Shown one piece after another: positions 47,503-56,747 of a stretch of 64,000 bases of DNA. Location: contig QCFZ01000003.1 of assembly GCA_003278255.1 (NCBI GenBank), forward strand, positions 55,450 to 119,449, in the 5' to 3' direction. Under the pieces are notes generated by a model that was not told the origin of the DNA, did no database searches, and saw nothing but the letters and a program-made list of their open reading frames with translations. The position numbers and the translations under genes are program-made. The DNA is from Prochlorococcus sp. AG-363-O15 (GTDB lineage Bacteria > Cyanobacteriota > Cyanobacteriia > PCC-6307 > Cyanobiaceae). How positions within the stretch are numbered: the stretch's first letter is position 1; each line of letters opens with the position of its first letter.

Positions 47503-49065
47503 ATGCCAAAATTACCGGTTTTAATTACCAGTGATGATCTTTTACCAGGAACTAGATCATTAAATGGTCGTCGTTGGGCAGGACAAGCGCTACTAAAAAG
47601 TTGGGCAAAATATTCAAATGATAGTGCGATGGGTCTGGCTCATAGTAATCCTCAAGAACTTAAGAAACTTTTACCTCTACTTCGAAAATCAGGATTGAGA
47701 GGACCTCTATATGGACTTAACTTAGTTGATCCTGAAGCAGTAAAAAATTGGGGTGGACTATTCCTTCCAGATCCTTCTATTGGTAAATGGAGTCAATGGC
47801 GTAGGAAAGTGGGAGCAGCAGCTTTTTCTTTAATTGGACAGATACACACACTTTCTACACAAGCAGCAATAAATCATATGCAGGAACTAGTAAGTGAATC
47901 AATAGAACCTTGGGATGCATTGATATGTAGTACTAGTGCGGGTCAAGAAGTCGTTCTTTCGATAATTAATGATCGGGAAAATCACTTAATAGATAGATGT
48001 GGAGGTTCAAAGGAGGAGTTAGTGAGTCACAGGCCTCAACTTCCAATCATTCCCTTGCCGCTTCCACTTAGGAATATGATTGAAATAATACCTAAAAAAT
48101 GGGAAGCAAGAGCTTCATTAGGAATCCCAGAACAATCAATCGTATTTATTTGGCTAGGGCGTTTATCAATTTATACCAAATTAGATCCTTGGCCTTCATA
48201 TAGATTATTGCAAAGAATAGCAAAAAGAATAGATCAAAAGATAGTACTAATCGAATGTGGCCCTGATGATAAACCTTCTCATAATTTAGGATTAAATAAA
48301 TTAAGAGAATTATGTCCAGATATAAACTTTATTAGATTAGGAGGAGAAAAACCTGTTAGTGAAGATATGAAGAATAGAGCTTTAGTATCTTCTGATATTT
48401 GCTTATCATTAGTAGATAATACACAAGAGACATTTGGAATTTCTATAGCTGAAGCTATGGCTTTTGGATTACCGGTGGTGGCTTCGGATTGGAATGGTTA
48501 TAAAGATTTAATTAGCAATGATGTTGATGGATTCCTAATACCAACTCGTTGGTCGTATAGTAGCAAGAAAGTATCTGAAATTCTTGGTTGGGAACATTAT
48601 ATAGGTATTCAATCATATCAAGGGGTGTCTGGAGCCCTTGCTCAGTTAGTGCAAATAGACGTCACGAGTGCGGAGGAAACTATTCTCAAATTAATTAATA
48701 ACCCAAATCTTGCTAAAACAATAGGTAATAGTGCAAGACTGAAAGCATTAGATCACTTCGATGAATATAAGATTATGGAAAGATATTCAGAATTGTTCTT
48801 GCGCCTAAAGGAAATTAGAAAAATGGCTTCAATGGAAAAAAAGGAGCCTGTAAGGACTCCAATTCATTTAAATCCCGTTGAAATGTTTAAGCATTACCCT
48901 AGTGATATCAGATTCAATGATGATACTATCTTGAATGACTGTAGTGTTACGATGGAATCAGAACTGACTAAAGAACATAATTTATTATGGAAAATTTTGT
49001 CAAACCGTATTCCAAAAGATTCAAAAGATATGTTATTCGATGATATAGCCCAAAAACATAAGTAA
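47503..49065 (+). CDS. Group 1 (GT4-type, GT-B fold) glycosyltransferase
   Basis: The C-terminal domain motif ETFGISIAEAMAFGLPVVASDWNGYKDLI (E-x7-E) is present. Confidence 0.8.
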   Translation: MPKLPVLITSDDLLPGTRSLNGRRWAGQALLKSWAKYSNDSAMGLAHSNPQELKKLLPLLRKSGLRGPLYGLNLVDPEAVKNWGGLFLPDPSIGKWSQWRRKVGAAAFSLIGQIHTLSTQAAINHMQELVSESIEPWDALICSTSAGQEVVLSIINDRENHLIDRCGGSKEELVSHRPQLPIIPLPLPLRNMIEIIPKKWEARASLGIPEQSIVFIWLGRLSIYTKLDPWPSYRLLQRIAKRIDQKIVLIECGPDDKPSHNLGLNKLRELCPDINFIRLGGEKPVSEDMKNRALVSSDICLSLVDNTQETFGISIAEAMAFGLPVVASDWNGYKDLISNDVDGFLIPTRWSYSSKKVSEILGWEHYIGIQSYQGVSGALAQLVQIDVTSAEETILKLINNPNLAKTIGNSARLKALDHFDEYKIMERYSELFLRLKEIRKMASMEKKEPVRTPIHLNPVEMFKHYPSDIRFNDDTILNDCSVTMESELTKEHNLLWKILSNRIPKDSKDMLFDDIAQKHK

Positions 49066-49131
49066 GTGAATTAGAAAACTTGAATGTTATGCGAAAATAA
49101 AGTATAATATTTATAGTTATTAGTCATTAAG

Positions 49132-49272
49132 ATGAATCCACTAAAGATATTCTATGAGAGGTTGTGGGTTCCAATTTTTGGGAGAATGTTAATGTTTTTT
49201 GCTAAGTGGATAGAAGGTAAGAGACCTGAGGAAAAGCCAACATACGATTTGAGAGAAAAGAATGATATTTAG
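49132..49272 (+). CDS. Candidate small ORF (46 aa)
   Basis: Hand-translated: MNPLKIFYERLWVPIFGRMLMFFAKWIEGKRPEEKPTYDLREKNDI. It overlaps the next small ORF by 11 nt. There is no other support. Confidence 0.2.
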   Translation: MNPLKIFYERLWVPIFGRMLMFFAKWIEGKRPEEKPTYDLREKNDI

Positions 49273-49414
49273 TCACTATATTTTGATTTTAAATCACAAT
49301 ATCAAAGTTTTTATTGAGGTAGCAATAGTTTCGGGGCCAATTATTCTAATAGCATTGATCATGTTTATTAATAGAAAAATAAAACAAGACCCAAAAAAGT
49401 TTCGTTGGCGTTAA
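49262..49414 (+). CDS. Candidate small single-TM ORF (50 aa)
   Basis: Hand-translated: MIFSHYILILNHNIKVFIEVAIVSGPIILIALIMFINRKIKQDPKKFRWR. There is no other support. Confidence 0.2.
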   Translation: MIFSHYILILNHNIKVFIEVAIVSGPIILIALIMFINRKIKQDPKKFRWR

Positions 49415-49510
49415 TAACTACAGCAATCTAATAGAATCATACTAAAATTATAAATTGGTTTTTATATAACATAGGCTATAATATAGATATATAGATTCAA
49501 TAAAATAAAA

Positions 49511-50059
49511 ATGACAATTTTAAAAGCGAAAATACGCATGTTTGTTCTATGGTCACAAGGAAAATTAAAAGGATTTAAAAAATTAGAAATGAATAGAGGC
49601 TTAGTTAAAATTGACAAGACATCAGATATTATTCATCAGTTAACAAGTGAACTTAATAATATTGAACGTGAAATCAATGTTGTAATAAAAAATCTGATCG
49701 AAGCACAAGCAATAGGCATTAAATCATGGATGTCTAATGAAACAAGTTTAATGGGTAGTGTAAAGAGTAAATGGTACAGATCAGCTGCAAGAGAGTCTGC
49801 CAATTGGCATAGTAAACGTTTAATAGAGCTGCAAAAGGACAAACGAAGACTACAAATAGAATTAGAAATAGTGACAGGTCGGTATTGGCCAAATCAAATT
49901 CGAAGATGGATAAAAATGGCTACATTGATATTACTTGGAATATTTTTAGTCTGGGTGTTCCTTATGGGATTAATTGCTGCAATTTATTTAATCCCTATAT
50001 GGATATCAATAGTGATTATATATTATTTTATAAGAAGAAATACCAAAAGATTTAAGTAG
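49511..50059 (+). CDS. Hypothetical coiled-coil protein with a C-terminal double-TM anchor
   Basis: ORF only. The C-terminus is hydrophobic (MATLILLGIFLVWVFLMGLIAAIYLIPIWISIVIIYYFI). AT-rich orphan. Confidence 0.45.
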   Translation: MTILKAKIRMFVLWSQGKLKGFKKLEMNRGLVKIDKTSDIIHQLTSELNNIEREINVVIKNLIEAQAIGIKSWMSNETSLMGSVKSKWYRSAARESANWHSKRLIELQKDKRRLQIELEIVTGRYWPNQIRRWIKMATLILLGIFLVWVFLMGLIAAIYLIPIWISIVIIYYFIRRNTKRFK

Positions 50060-50354
50060 AGCTATTTGAATAAATGTTTATTGCATGGAGGTTTAAGGAA
50101 ACCAGTCGAATCATTGAAAAACCTACATGGTTAATACCGTGAGTTTATTGATTAGATCAAATTTCTTAAAGATACTCATAAAAATAAGAGGAAACATTTT
50201 CATTAAATCTGCTATCTATGGCAAAGCATAATTAAAGCTAATGGCAAGGTATATTTAAAATCTCCTAAAAAGAGATGATATTATACTGATCAATTACTGA
50301 TTGGTCATATAAAAATAAAAGAAAGCATGGTTATTTATATGCAGACTATGTATA

Positions 50355-50717
50355 TTAATTGTTGCGATTGATCTTTCGTTCAAGAATATAGTTAATTCTC
50401 TTTCCTGTTTTAGCAGGTACTGTAATTCTACAACCCTTGTCAGAATTTATATTGCATCCAGGACTAGATTTTGAGGACTTCCAACTACAAATAATTTCTT
50501 CCTCAGTCGTCTGGTCTACAGTCCATCCTTCATCTAAATAATCCTGAATATCTCCTTTATTACATGAAATAGATATTTTTTTAGTTTCGATATTTTGAGT
50601 CTGAATATCCAATTTTAAAGGGTTTAGTATTTGTTCAAGATTTTGAAGAGAGGAACATCCAGCAAGTAAAGTTGTGATTGAAAACAGAAAGGCAGCATAA
50701 GAGTGTGATTTGATCAT
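50355..50717 (-). CDS. Hypothetical lipoprotein (120 aa, 4 additional Cys)
   Basis: Signal peptide plus lipobox LLAGCSS. Orphan. Confidence 0.45.
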   Translation of the reverse strand: MIKSHSYAAFLFSITTLLAGCSSLQNLEQILNPLKLDIQTQNIETKKISISCNKGDIQDYLDEGWTVDQTTEEEIICSWKSSKSSPGCNINSDKGCRITVPAKTGKRINYILERKINRNN

Positions 50718-50881
50718 TACACAAATGTGTACGTATTATAGAAAATTATAATATAAAGAATGGGAAAATTGAATCCTAGATGAATTCCATCAAGATTTTA
50801 AGTGCTGTATTCAGCAAATAATGCTAATAGGCAATGGTATCAATGATAATGAGCGAAAACTAATAAATTGAAAGCATATGT

Positions 50882-51337
50882 TTAAAATAAAGTCCCAATA
50901 AAAAGAGTAGCTATAAGTAAAGCTACTAAAGCATTTCGTTCTTCACGAAGTGTCCTTAAAGTCTTATCATTAATAGTCGTATGCAAGCCCATTGAATCTA
51001 CTTTTGAATGTTTCAATGAATTTATTACAGAGGATCTAGATACACGTCGTTTTAAAGCTTGATCAGTATAGTAATTGGAAGCAATATTAACACAAGAAGA
51101 ATTAGATTGGTTATATATACGAATTCTTTTTTTTTCAATCGTGTTTTTAGACTTCTTCTTCTGCCATTGTTCATGCACAACAAAATATTCAAGGTCGCAA
51201 CAACTAAATAATAGATCCTTGGTTAAAGGGTTTTCTAATAATTGATTCCAAGCAAGTTCATCAGTAGAGTCTCGTAACCTTTGAAAAGCATTTACCAATT
51301 TAGTCGAAGATTTGAAAATAAAGTTGCTATAACCCAT
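50882..51337 (-). CDS. Hypothetical tail-anchored protein (151 aa)
   Basis: ORF only. C-terminal TM segment ALVALLIATLFIGTLF. Orphan. Confidence 0.4.
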   Translation of the reverse strand: MGYSNFIFKSSTKLVNAFQRLRDSTDELAWNQLLENPLTKDLLFSCCDLEYFVVHEQWQKKKSKNTIEKKRIRIYNQSNSSCVNIASNYYTDQALKRRVSRSSVINSLKHSKVDSMGLHTTINDKTLRTLREERNALVALLIATLFIGTLF

Positions 51338-51591
51338 AAGTTACTAATTAGTTAGTTTTGAATTAAGTAGAGGACTAAGGGTGTTTACTCATTGGTCATT
51401 TAAAGTATATCTGAGATAGTCTTATTAGTAAATATATTAAACAACCATATTTGGAATAGCTAAACAACTATAATGGTAATGGAGATTATCCATAATAAAA
51501 CTGAATAATCCATTCAATAGTTTTAAACCTAAATTAAAGTATAGATTAGTACCAAAAAAACATAAAATCACTTTAGTTAAATTTCAAAACT

Positions 51592-52005
51592 CTATTTAGG
51601 TATACCTAGCTCCTTCCTCTTCACAATTATCACACTTCCTTTAGGTGTTAAAAAAGTCTTCTGTACGATTTGACCATTAAAAACAATAATGTTTAATGTT
51701 TGCCCATTAAATCTTCCTCTAGTCCAATCAATATTTTCCTTATAGCTATTAGAATTTATATCACTATCTAATAGAGATTTTGCAGGGTTGATTCTTTCCA
51801 TAGCGACTGAATGAGGTGCTGATGATCTTTCTATAAATCTATTAAGAGAAGATCTAATATTCTCTAATTCTGGTCTTTTTCGTTGAAATGCGAGAATTAT
51901 ATTGTCATAAACCCTGGAACATAGAGATTCAGATCGAAGGCGTATTCCATAATATTTTGAGCTCAGACTAACTGTCTTTTTAAGTGAATAGGTTGAATCA
52001 ACCAT
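51592..52005 (-). CDS. Hypothetical protein (137 aa)
   Basis: ORF only. Orphan. Confidence 0.4.
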   Translation of the reverse strand: MVDSTYSLKKTVSLSSKYYGIRLRSESLCSRVYDNIILAFQRKRPELENIRSSLNRFIERSSAPHSVAMERINPAKSLLDSDINSNSYKENIDWTRGRFNGQTLNIIVFNGQIVQKTFLTPKGSVIIVKRKELGIPK

Positions 52006-52196
52006 TTTTTCTATAGTAGATATCCCTTTTTATCGCATATTTGGTTATCTAGCCAGTCAATACAAGAATACTAATAGAAGTTCAACAAGAACTATATTGT
52101 TGAACTTAATTTGTTCATTTATCTAAAAACAAAAATAAATGAGTTGAATAACTATTTCAACATAAAATAATAATGGAAATTATAGATAAAGAGATT

Positions 52197-54356
52197 TTAG
52201 TGAATACGTTTAAAATAGAAGTTCCAACCTTTTAAACATAGGTTAGATGGTTTAATGCTTATAATAGTTAAATATCGTCCTAAAGGGTAAGGTTCTAAAA
52301 AATTCACGTGAAAGCCAATGATCATTGACTTTTCTGTGAGGTCAAAGCTCAATTTTTTACCATCTAGGGTAAATTGTAATTCATTTTTATCACAAACTTT
52401 TGAATCTGTTTCAAGATCCATACCTTTCAATGGTCTAATTGCTCCTAGATCAAAAGTTAAAGAGCAAATGTCTATATTAGAAACTCTTTTGCTTGAAGAA
52501 TAATATAAAAAAGGATTAGAAGTAGAAAAAATATTAGCAATGCAAATATTCTCTTCGACTGAATCAATCTGATATTGATCTATTTTCTTCATGTCAAATT
52601 GTGTTAACTCAAGGAGAAGACGATCAAAAAGAAGAGTCTGTATTTGTAATCGACAGCTCTGATCAGAAAATAGATGAAAATCATCGCACAGAAAATTATC
52701 TCTTGTAAGCATCTGACTCTCTTGAATCAACAAGTTATGTAATGAGAAATAATAGAAATGATGATTTCGTGCTTCTTCTTTCATAGTCTTATCTAACAGA
52801 TAGGCAGCCTTTGTTCGTTCACTTTGACTACCATATGCCAATCTATCTGATCCTGCACCATAACCACCATAAACGAGTACCATAAAACCTTTTCTCTGAA
52901 TCTCATTAATAAATTGGATATACTGATTACTAACTTTGTTAACTCCATGCTTAATAGACTCATCCTCTAAGTGACAATATTTAATGACATTTGCTCGACA
53001 ATCAACCTCACCAAACGAAAGTAATATGGCATCTTTCTTAGGATCTAGATTCTGTAGTCTTGTCAAGATCTTATTTCTGCCTTTAGTAGATGAATGCTCA
53101 TTAATTAAATTATATGCTGTAGGCGCACCAATATGATGAACTACTATTGAATTAAGTTCTTCAAAGATTAAAATATGTGAGTCGCCAAAGGCTACAATAC
53201 TTTCTTTACACATAAGATCAAGGCAGATCTCTATAAGTTCACTTGGGTATGAAAAAGATTTATTTAATTTCTGAGTCAGCCTTTCTTTCAAAGACTCAAA
53301 CAGAAAAAAATAGGAGTCCCGATTGAATTTATTACTTTTTAGACTTTTCTGATAATAGGTTACTGCCTCGTTTATCCTTCCTGATTCAAGAAAAGACCAA
53401 CCCAAACCAGAAATCGCATTAGTATGATTATGATCAAGCCTTAAAACATTTTGATATAGTTGAATAGATTCAAGATATCTTTTTTGTCTCTTATAAATTT
53501 CTGCTAGTTCTGAAATAGCTTCTATAAAATCAGGCTTAAACTCTATAGCCTTTTGATATGATTCTATTGCTTGATTGAAATCTTTAGATGCTGTGAATAT
53601 AGCCGCAAGATTAAACCACGCATCAGCAAAATCAGGCTTAATGGCTATTGCTTTTTTATATAAATCAATCGCCCGATGAAAGTCTCCTAATCTTTTTAAA
53701 GTATTTGCATAATTATAAAAAAGTTCAGGAGACTCATTACTCAAATCTAAAGCTATTTCATAATGATCTTTAGCATTTAAGTCATGTCCTAAATCAGATA
53801 AGCACTTGCCATAATTAATTCTTGCTAATAAATGCTTAGGATCCAATTCAATTGCTAATTCTAAAAACGATTTAGCTTCTTGGAACTTTTCTTTTTCCAT
53901 TAAGCATGCCCCTAAATTTGATGCAGCACCTGCATGCTTACTATTAAAATTTAATGTATTTTTAAAACATTGAATTACTTCTTCTTCTCTACCTAATGCA
54001 TATAGTGCATTGCCCATAGAAAACCATGCATCTGCAGATCTCTGATTTCTAATCAAGGCTTGCTTAAAAAGAAAGACAGCATTTTCATGCTGTCTTTCAC
54101 TCATAAGTATCTTGCCTAGATTAAGAAATGGAAGAAATTGAGTTTTATCTAATTCAATTGATTTCTGTATCAACTTAACTGCCTGTATTAAATCTCCTTT
54201 TTCTTTAAAAATACATCCTAAAAAATGCAACGCTTGAGGATCATTAGGATTCGTTTCAAGTATTGCGCAGAAAATCGCTTCTGCTTTCTCTAGTTTTTTA
54301 GATTGATATGCATTTATCCCTTCCTGTAACTGATGAATGCCATGCTTTTTGTTCAT
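52197..54356 (-). CDS. TPR-repeat protein fused to an SGNH/GDSL-hydrolase-like domain and an unknown C-terminal beta-rich module
   Basis: The first ~340 aa hold about nine TPR units (recurring A..A...G......A...Y..AL...P). They are followed by AFGDSH (block I), SFGEVDC (block II) and DDFHL (DxxH, block V). The last ~130 aa match nothing I recognise. Confidence 0.65.
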   Translation of the reverse strand: MNKKHGIHQLQEGINAYQSKKLEKAEAIFCAILETNPNDPQALHFLGCIFKEKGDLIQAVKLIQKSIELDKTQFLPFLNLGKILMSERQHENAVFLFKQALIRNQRSADAWFSMGNALYALGREEEVIQCFKNTLNFNSKHAGAASNLGACLMEKEKFQEAKSFLELAIELDPKHLLARINYGKCLSDLGHDLNAKDHYEIALDLSNESPELFYNYANTLKRLGDFHRAIDLYKKAIAIKPDFADAWFNLAAIFTASKDFNQAIESYQKAIEFKPDFIEAISELAEIYKRQKRYLESIQLYQNVLRLDHNHTNAISGLGWSFLESGRINEAVTYYQKSLKSNKFNRDSYFFLFESLKERLTQKLNKSFSYPSELIEICLDLMCKESIVAFGDSHILIFEELNSIVVHHIGAPTAYNLINEHSSTKGRNKILTRLQNLDPKKDAILLSFGEVDCRANVIKYCHLEDESIKHGVNKVSNQYIQFINEIQRKGFMVLVYGGYGAGSDRLAYGSQSERTKAAYLLDKTMKEEARNHHFYYFSLHNLLIQESQMLTRDNFLCDDFHLFSDQSCRLQIQTLLFDRLLLELTQFDMKKIDQYQIDSVEENICIANIFSTSNPFLYYSSSKRVSNIDICSLTFDLGAIRPLKGMDLETDSKVCDKNELQFTLDGKKLSFDLTEKSMIIGFHVNFLEPYPLGRYLTIISIKPSNLCLKGWNFYFKRIH

Positions 54357-54627
54357 ATGAATTAAATAGCAAATATCTGAAAATCTTCAATTGCAACATT
54401 GCTCAGTAGTACATATGCATTGATCATAGTGCTAACACTTGAATGCCACAAAGTGGTCGAATGAATCTGATTATATAAGATTCTGCCAATTGATCATAAA
54501 TCACTAAATATCTTATATAAAATTATAGTTATCTACTTCGAGTGTTGTAAATTACGTTAATCATATCCTAAGATAGATTTATACATAAATTTTTCGATTT
54601 CTCATCACATTTTTTCACTAAAGGATG

Positions 54628-55260
54628 CTATGGGATTAGAGCAACCCATGAAAAGGCAATTCCTATCCCTATCCAGATACCAGCAAAGAAAGTACGGCCA
54701 TTAAGGCCAAACCTATTAATCACTTTTTGAGAGGCTGCTATTACAACTAATAATAAAGTTCCTTGTGCAAGAAGAAGGCCCAAAAAATAACCCAGAAGAG
54801 GTGTAGATTCAGCACCAACAATTGTACTTCCAAGCAAATAGCCATGTAAAGCAAACATTGGTAATAGCCATTTTGAACTCAAACAATTCAGAACAATTAA
54901 GCCTTCTATTGCCAAAGATAAAGAAACCAATGCTTCTGCCCAAGGAACAAATAAATCAGGTAAGGGCTGCAGCTGTACCAAGGCACTTCCTGATAGACCA
55001 ACTGCCAAAAGAGGGAAAAGCCATTGCTTATTTCTTTTAAGTCCCACAAAGGCAATACCTAACATAAACAGCAGATGATCAGGTCCAAGTAAAGGATGCC
55101 CGACCCCACTAAGCAAAGCTTGCCAAGATGAGAGCTCAGAACTATCACCCATCCCAAAAGGATGATGAGCGAAGACTGGATCAACTAAAACAATAAATAA
55201 ATAAAATAATGAAACCAAAGATACAAAAAAATACTTACGTACCAATAATGGAAACCTCAT
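54628..55260 (-). CDS. hupE: HupE/UreJ-family metal (Ni/Co) transporter
   Basis: The signal peptide ends in AHHPFG, the HPLLGPDHLLFML motif is present, and there are about six TM segments. A B12 riboswitch precedes it. Confidence 0.85.
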   Translation of the reverse strand: MRFPLLVRKYFFVSLVSLFYLFIVLVDPVFAHHPFGMGDSSELSSWQALLSGVGHPLLGPDHLLFMLGIAFVGLKRNKQWLFPLLAVGLSGSALVQLQPLPDLFVPWAEALVSLSLAIEGLIVLNCLSSKWLLPMFALHGYLLGSTIVGAESTPLLGYFLGLLLAQGTLLLVVIAASQKVINRFGLNGRTFFAGIWIGIGIAFSWVALIP

Positions 55261-55284
55261 AGGTCGATCCTCGTCGAATTGTGT

Positions 55285-55415
55285 AATAGGCGGGCATTCT
55301 GACTAATATCGATGAATATCGATATTTCACAGCTGCGGGACAGTAGAAGATTTTCACCTCTTTTCCCCGTTACCTCCAATGGCTGTTCTCCATTGGAACC
55401 TCTTAACCATTAATC
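55285..55415 (-). promoter_or_regulatory. Cobalamin (B12) riboswitch in the hupE/ureJ leader
   Basis: The minus strand reads ..GGTTCCAATGGAGAACAGCCATTGGAGGTAACGGGGAAAAGAGGTGAAAATCTTCTACTGTCCCGCAGCTGTGA.. and then AGTCAGAATGCCCGCC. These match the conserved core (GGGAA..GGTG.AAA.C...CTG.CCCGCA.CTGT) and the B12 box (AGYCMGgAgaCCkGCC). Confidence 0.8.
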
Positions 55416-55468
55416 TAATCCTTTTTAGACTTCAAGAGTATGGAAGAAATAGAAGTTTAAGTCAAACT

Positions 55469-56722
55469 TTATGTTGTGTAATCAGAATTAATCCGGATAT
55501 ATTGATCAGATAAATCGCACCCCCAAGCAATTCCTTTACCATTTCCATTGCCTATCGTTAGAATTATTTGTATAATATCATCATGCAGATATCTCCCTTT
55601 CATTCTTTCTTCCATATAAGCGGTAACAGCAATTCGATCAAAATTTACAGGCTCACCATTTTGAAGTAATTGAAAAGTTCCAATCCAAAGATTTACATCC
55701 TGAGGATTAAAATAAACTCCTGCTCTTCCAGCAGCAGCGAGAATACGGCCCCAATTTGGATCACATCCATGTATTGCAGTCTTTACTAAAGAAGAGCTGC
55801 AAATAGTTCGGCCAATTATAATTGCTTCTTGTTCAGTAGAAGCGCCCTGAACAGTAACCTCAATCAAACAATTTGCACCTTCCCCATCTCTGGCAATTGC
55901 CTTTGCTAAATATTGTGCAACTAATGTCAATCCAATCTCTAGATCATCTAAATAATCAATGTCTAAATAATCTCCACTGGCAAAAGCAATAACCGAATCA
56001 TTAGTACTTGTATCTCCATCAACTGTTATTGCATTAAAAGAACGCTGCACAACTCTATTAATAATTCCTTTCCATGTATTAAATGATACTCCAGCATCAC
56101 AACTGATATAGCCAAGCATCGTAGCCATTTGTGGATGAATCATCCCTGATCCTTTAGCCATTCCTCCAAGTCGCACACAACGTCCACCTAAGTCAGCCTG
56201 AAAAGCTATTTGCTTCTCTACAAGATCTGTTGTGAGAATTGCTTCAGCTGCTGATTGACCACCATTTCTACTTAGTTCATTTATTAATGGCTGAATTCCA
56301 GAAAGAAGATTCTTCATCGGAATTGGTTCGCCAATGACACCTGTTGAACAAAGCAAAATTTCCTCTGGTTTCAATCCTAAATTTTGCGCCAGTGAATTCG
56401 TAGCACTCAAACTATCAATTAGAGCCAGGTCTCCAGTGCAAGCATTTGCTTGACCTGAATTAATCAACACAGCTCTTATCTTTCCAGAAGTTAAATTTAA
56501 TCGATCTATACAAAGATCTACACATGCTGCTCTAATTAATGATTGAGTAAAACTACCTGCACATACAGACCCTTCTGGTGCCAAAACAATAGCTAAATCT
56601 CTCTTGCCTGAAGATTTCAAGCCTGCTCTGATGCCTGCAGCTTGAAAACCTAATGGCTCAGTTATTCCACCAGATATGGGAGACCATATGGAAGTAGCCA
56701 GGCTCACAACCGACACATACAA
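55469..56722 (-). CDS. argJ: Bifunctional ornithine acetyltransferase / N-acetylglutamate synthase
   Basis: The autoprocessing site region MATMLGYI (ATML) is present, and the family length fits (417 aa). Confidence 0.9.
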   Translation of the reverse strand: MYVSVVSLATSIWSPISGGITEPLGFQAAGIRAGLKSSGKRDLAIVLAPEGSVCAGSFTQSLIRAACVDLCIDRLNLTSGKIRAVLINSGQANACTGDLALIDSLSATNSLAQNLGLKPEEILLCSTGVIGEPIPMKNLLSGIQPLINELSRNGGQSAAEAILTTDLVEKQIAFQADLGGRCVRLGGMAKGSGMIHPQMATMLGYISCDAGVSFNTWKGIINRVVQRSFNAITVDGDTSTNDSVIAFASGDYLDIDYLDDLEIGLTLVAQYLAKAIARDGEGANCLIEVTVQGASTEQEAIIIGRTICSSSLVKTAIHGCDPNWGRILAAAGRAGVYFNPQDVNLWIGTFQLLQNGEPVNFDRIAVTAYMEERMKGRYLHDDIIQIILTIGNGNGKGIAWGCDLSDQYIRINSDYTT

Positions 56723-56747
56723 ATTGAACTAATCCTCATCCTGCAGC

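Noticed and set aside
50084-50129. Hairpin CATGGAGGTTT/AAACCTACATG with GGAAACC in its loop, plus a GGAAACA about 100 nt downstream; considered as a Yfr2-family-like sRNA
   Set aside because: The stem has one mismatch and no terminator follows. The GGAAAC motif is short and I cannot verify the family consensus without a covariance model. It may simply be the 3' stem-loop of the 49511..50059 gene.
47301-55468. Search for an integrase, transposase, IS ends or a direct repeat of the ssrA 3' end flanking the island
   Set aside because: None was seen by eye, so the island is reported as compositional and contextual only, not as a defined mobile element.
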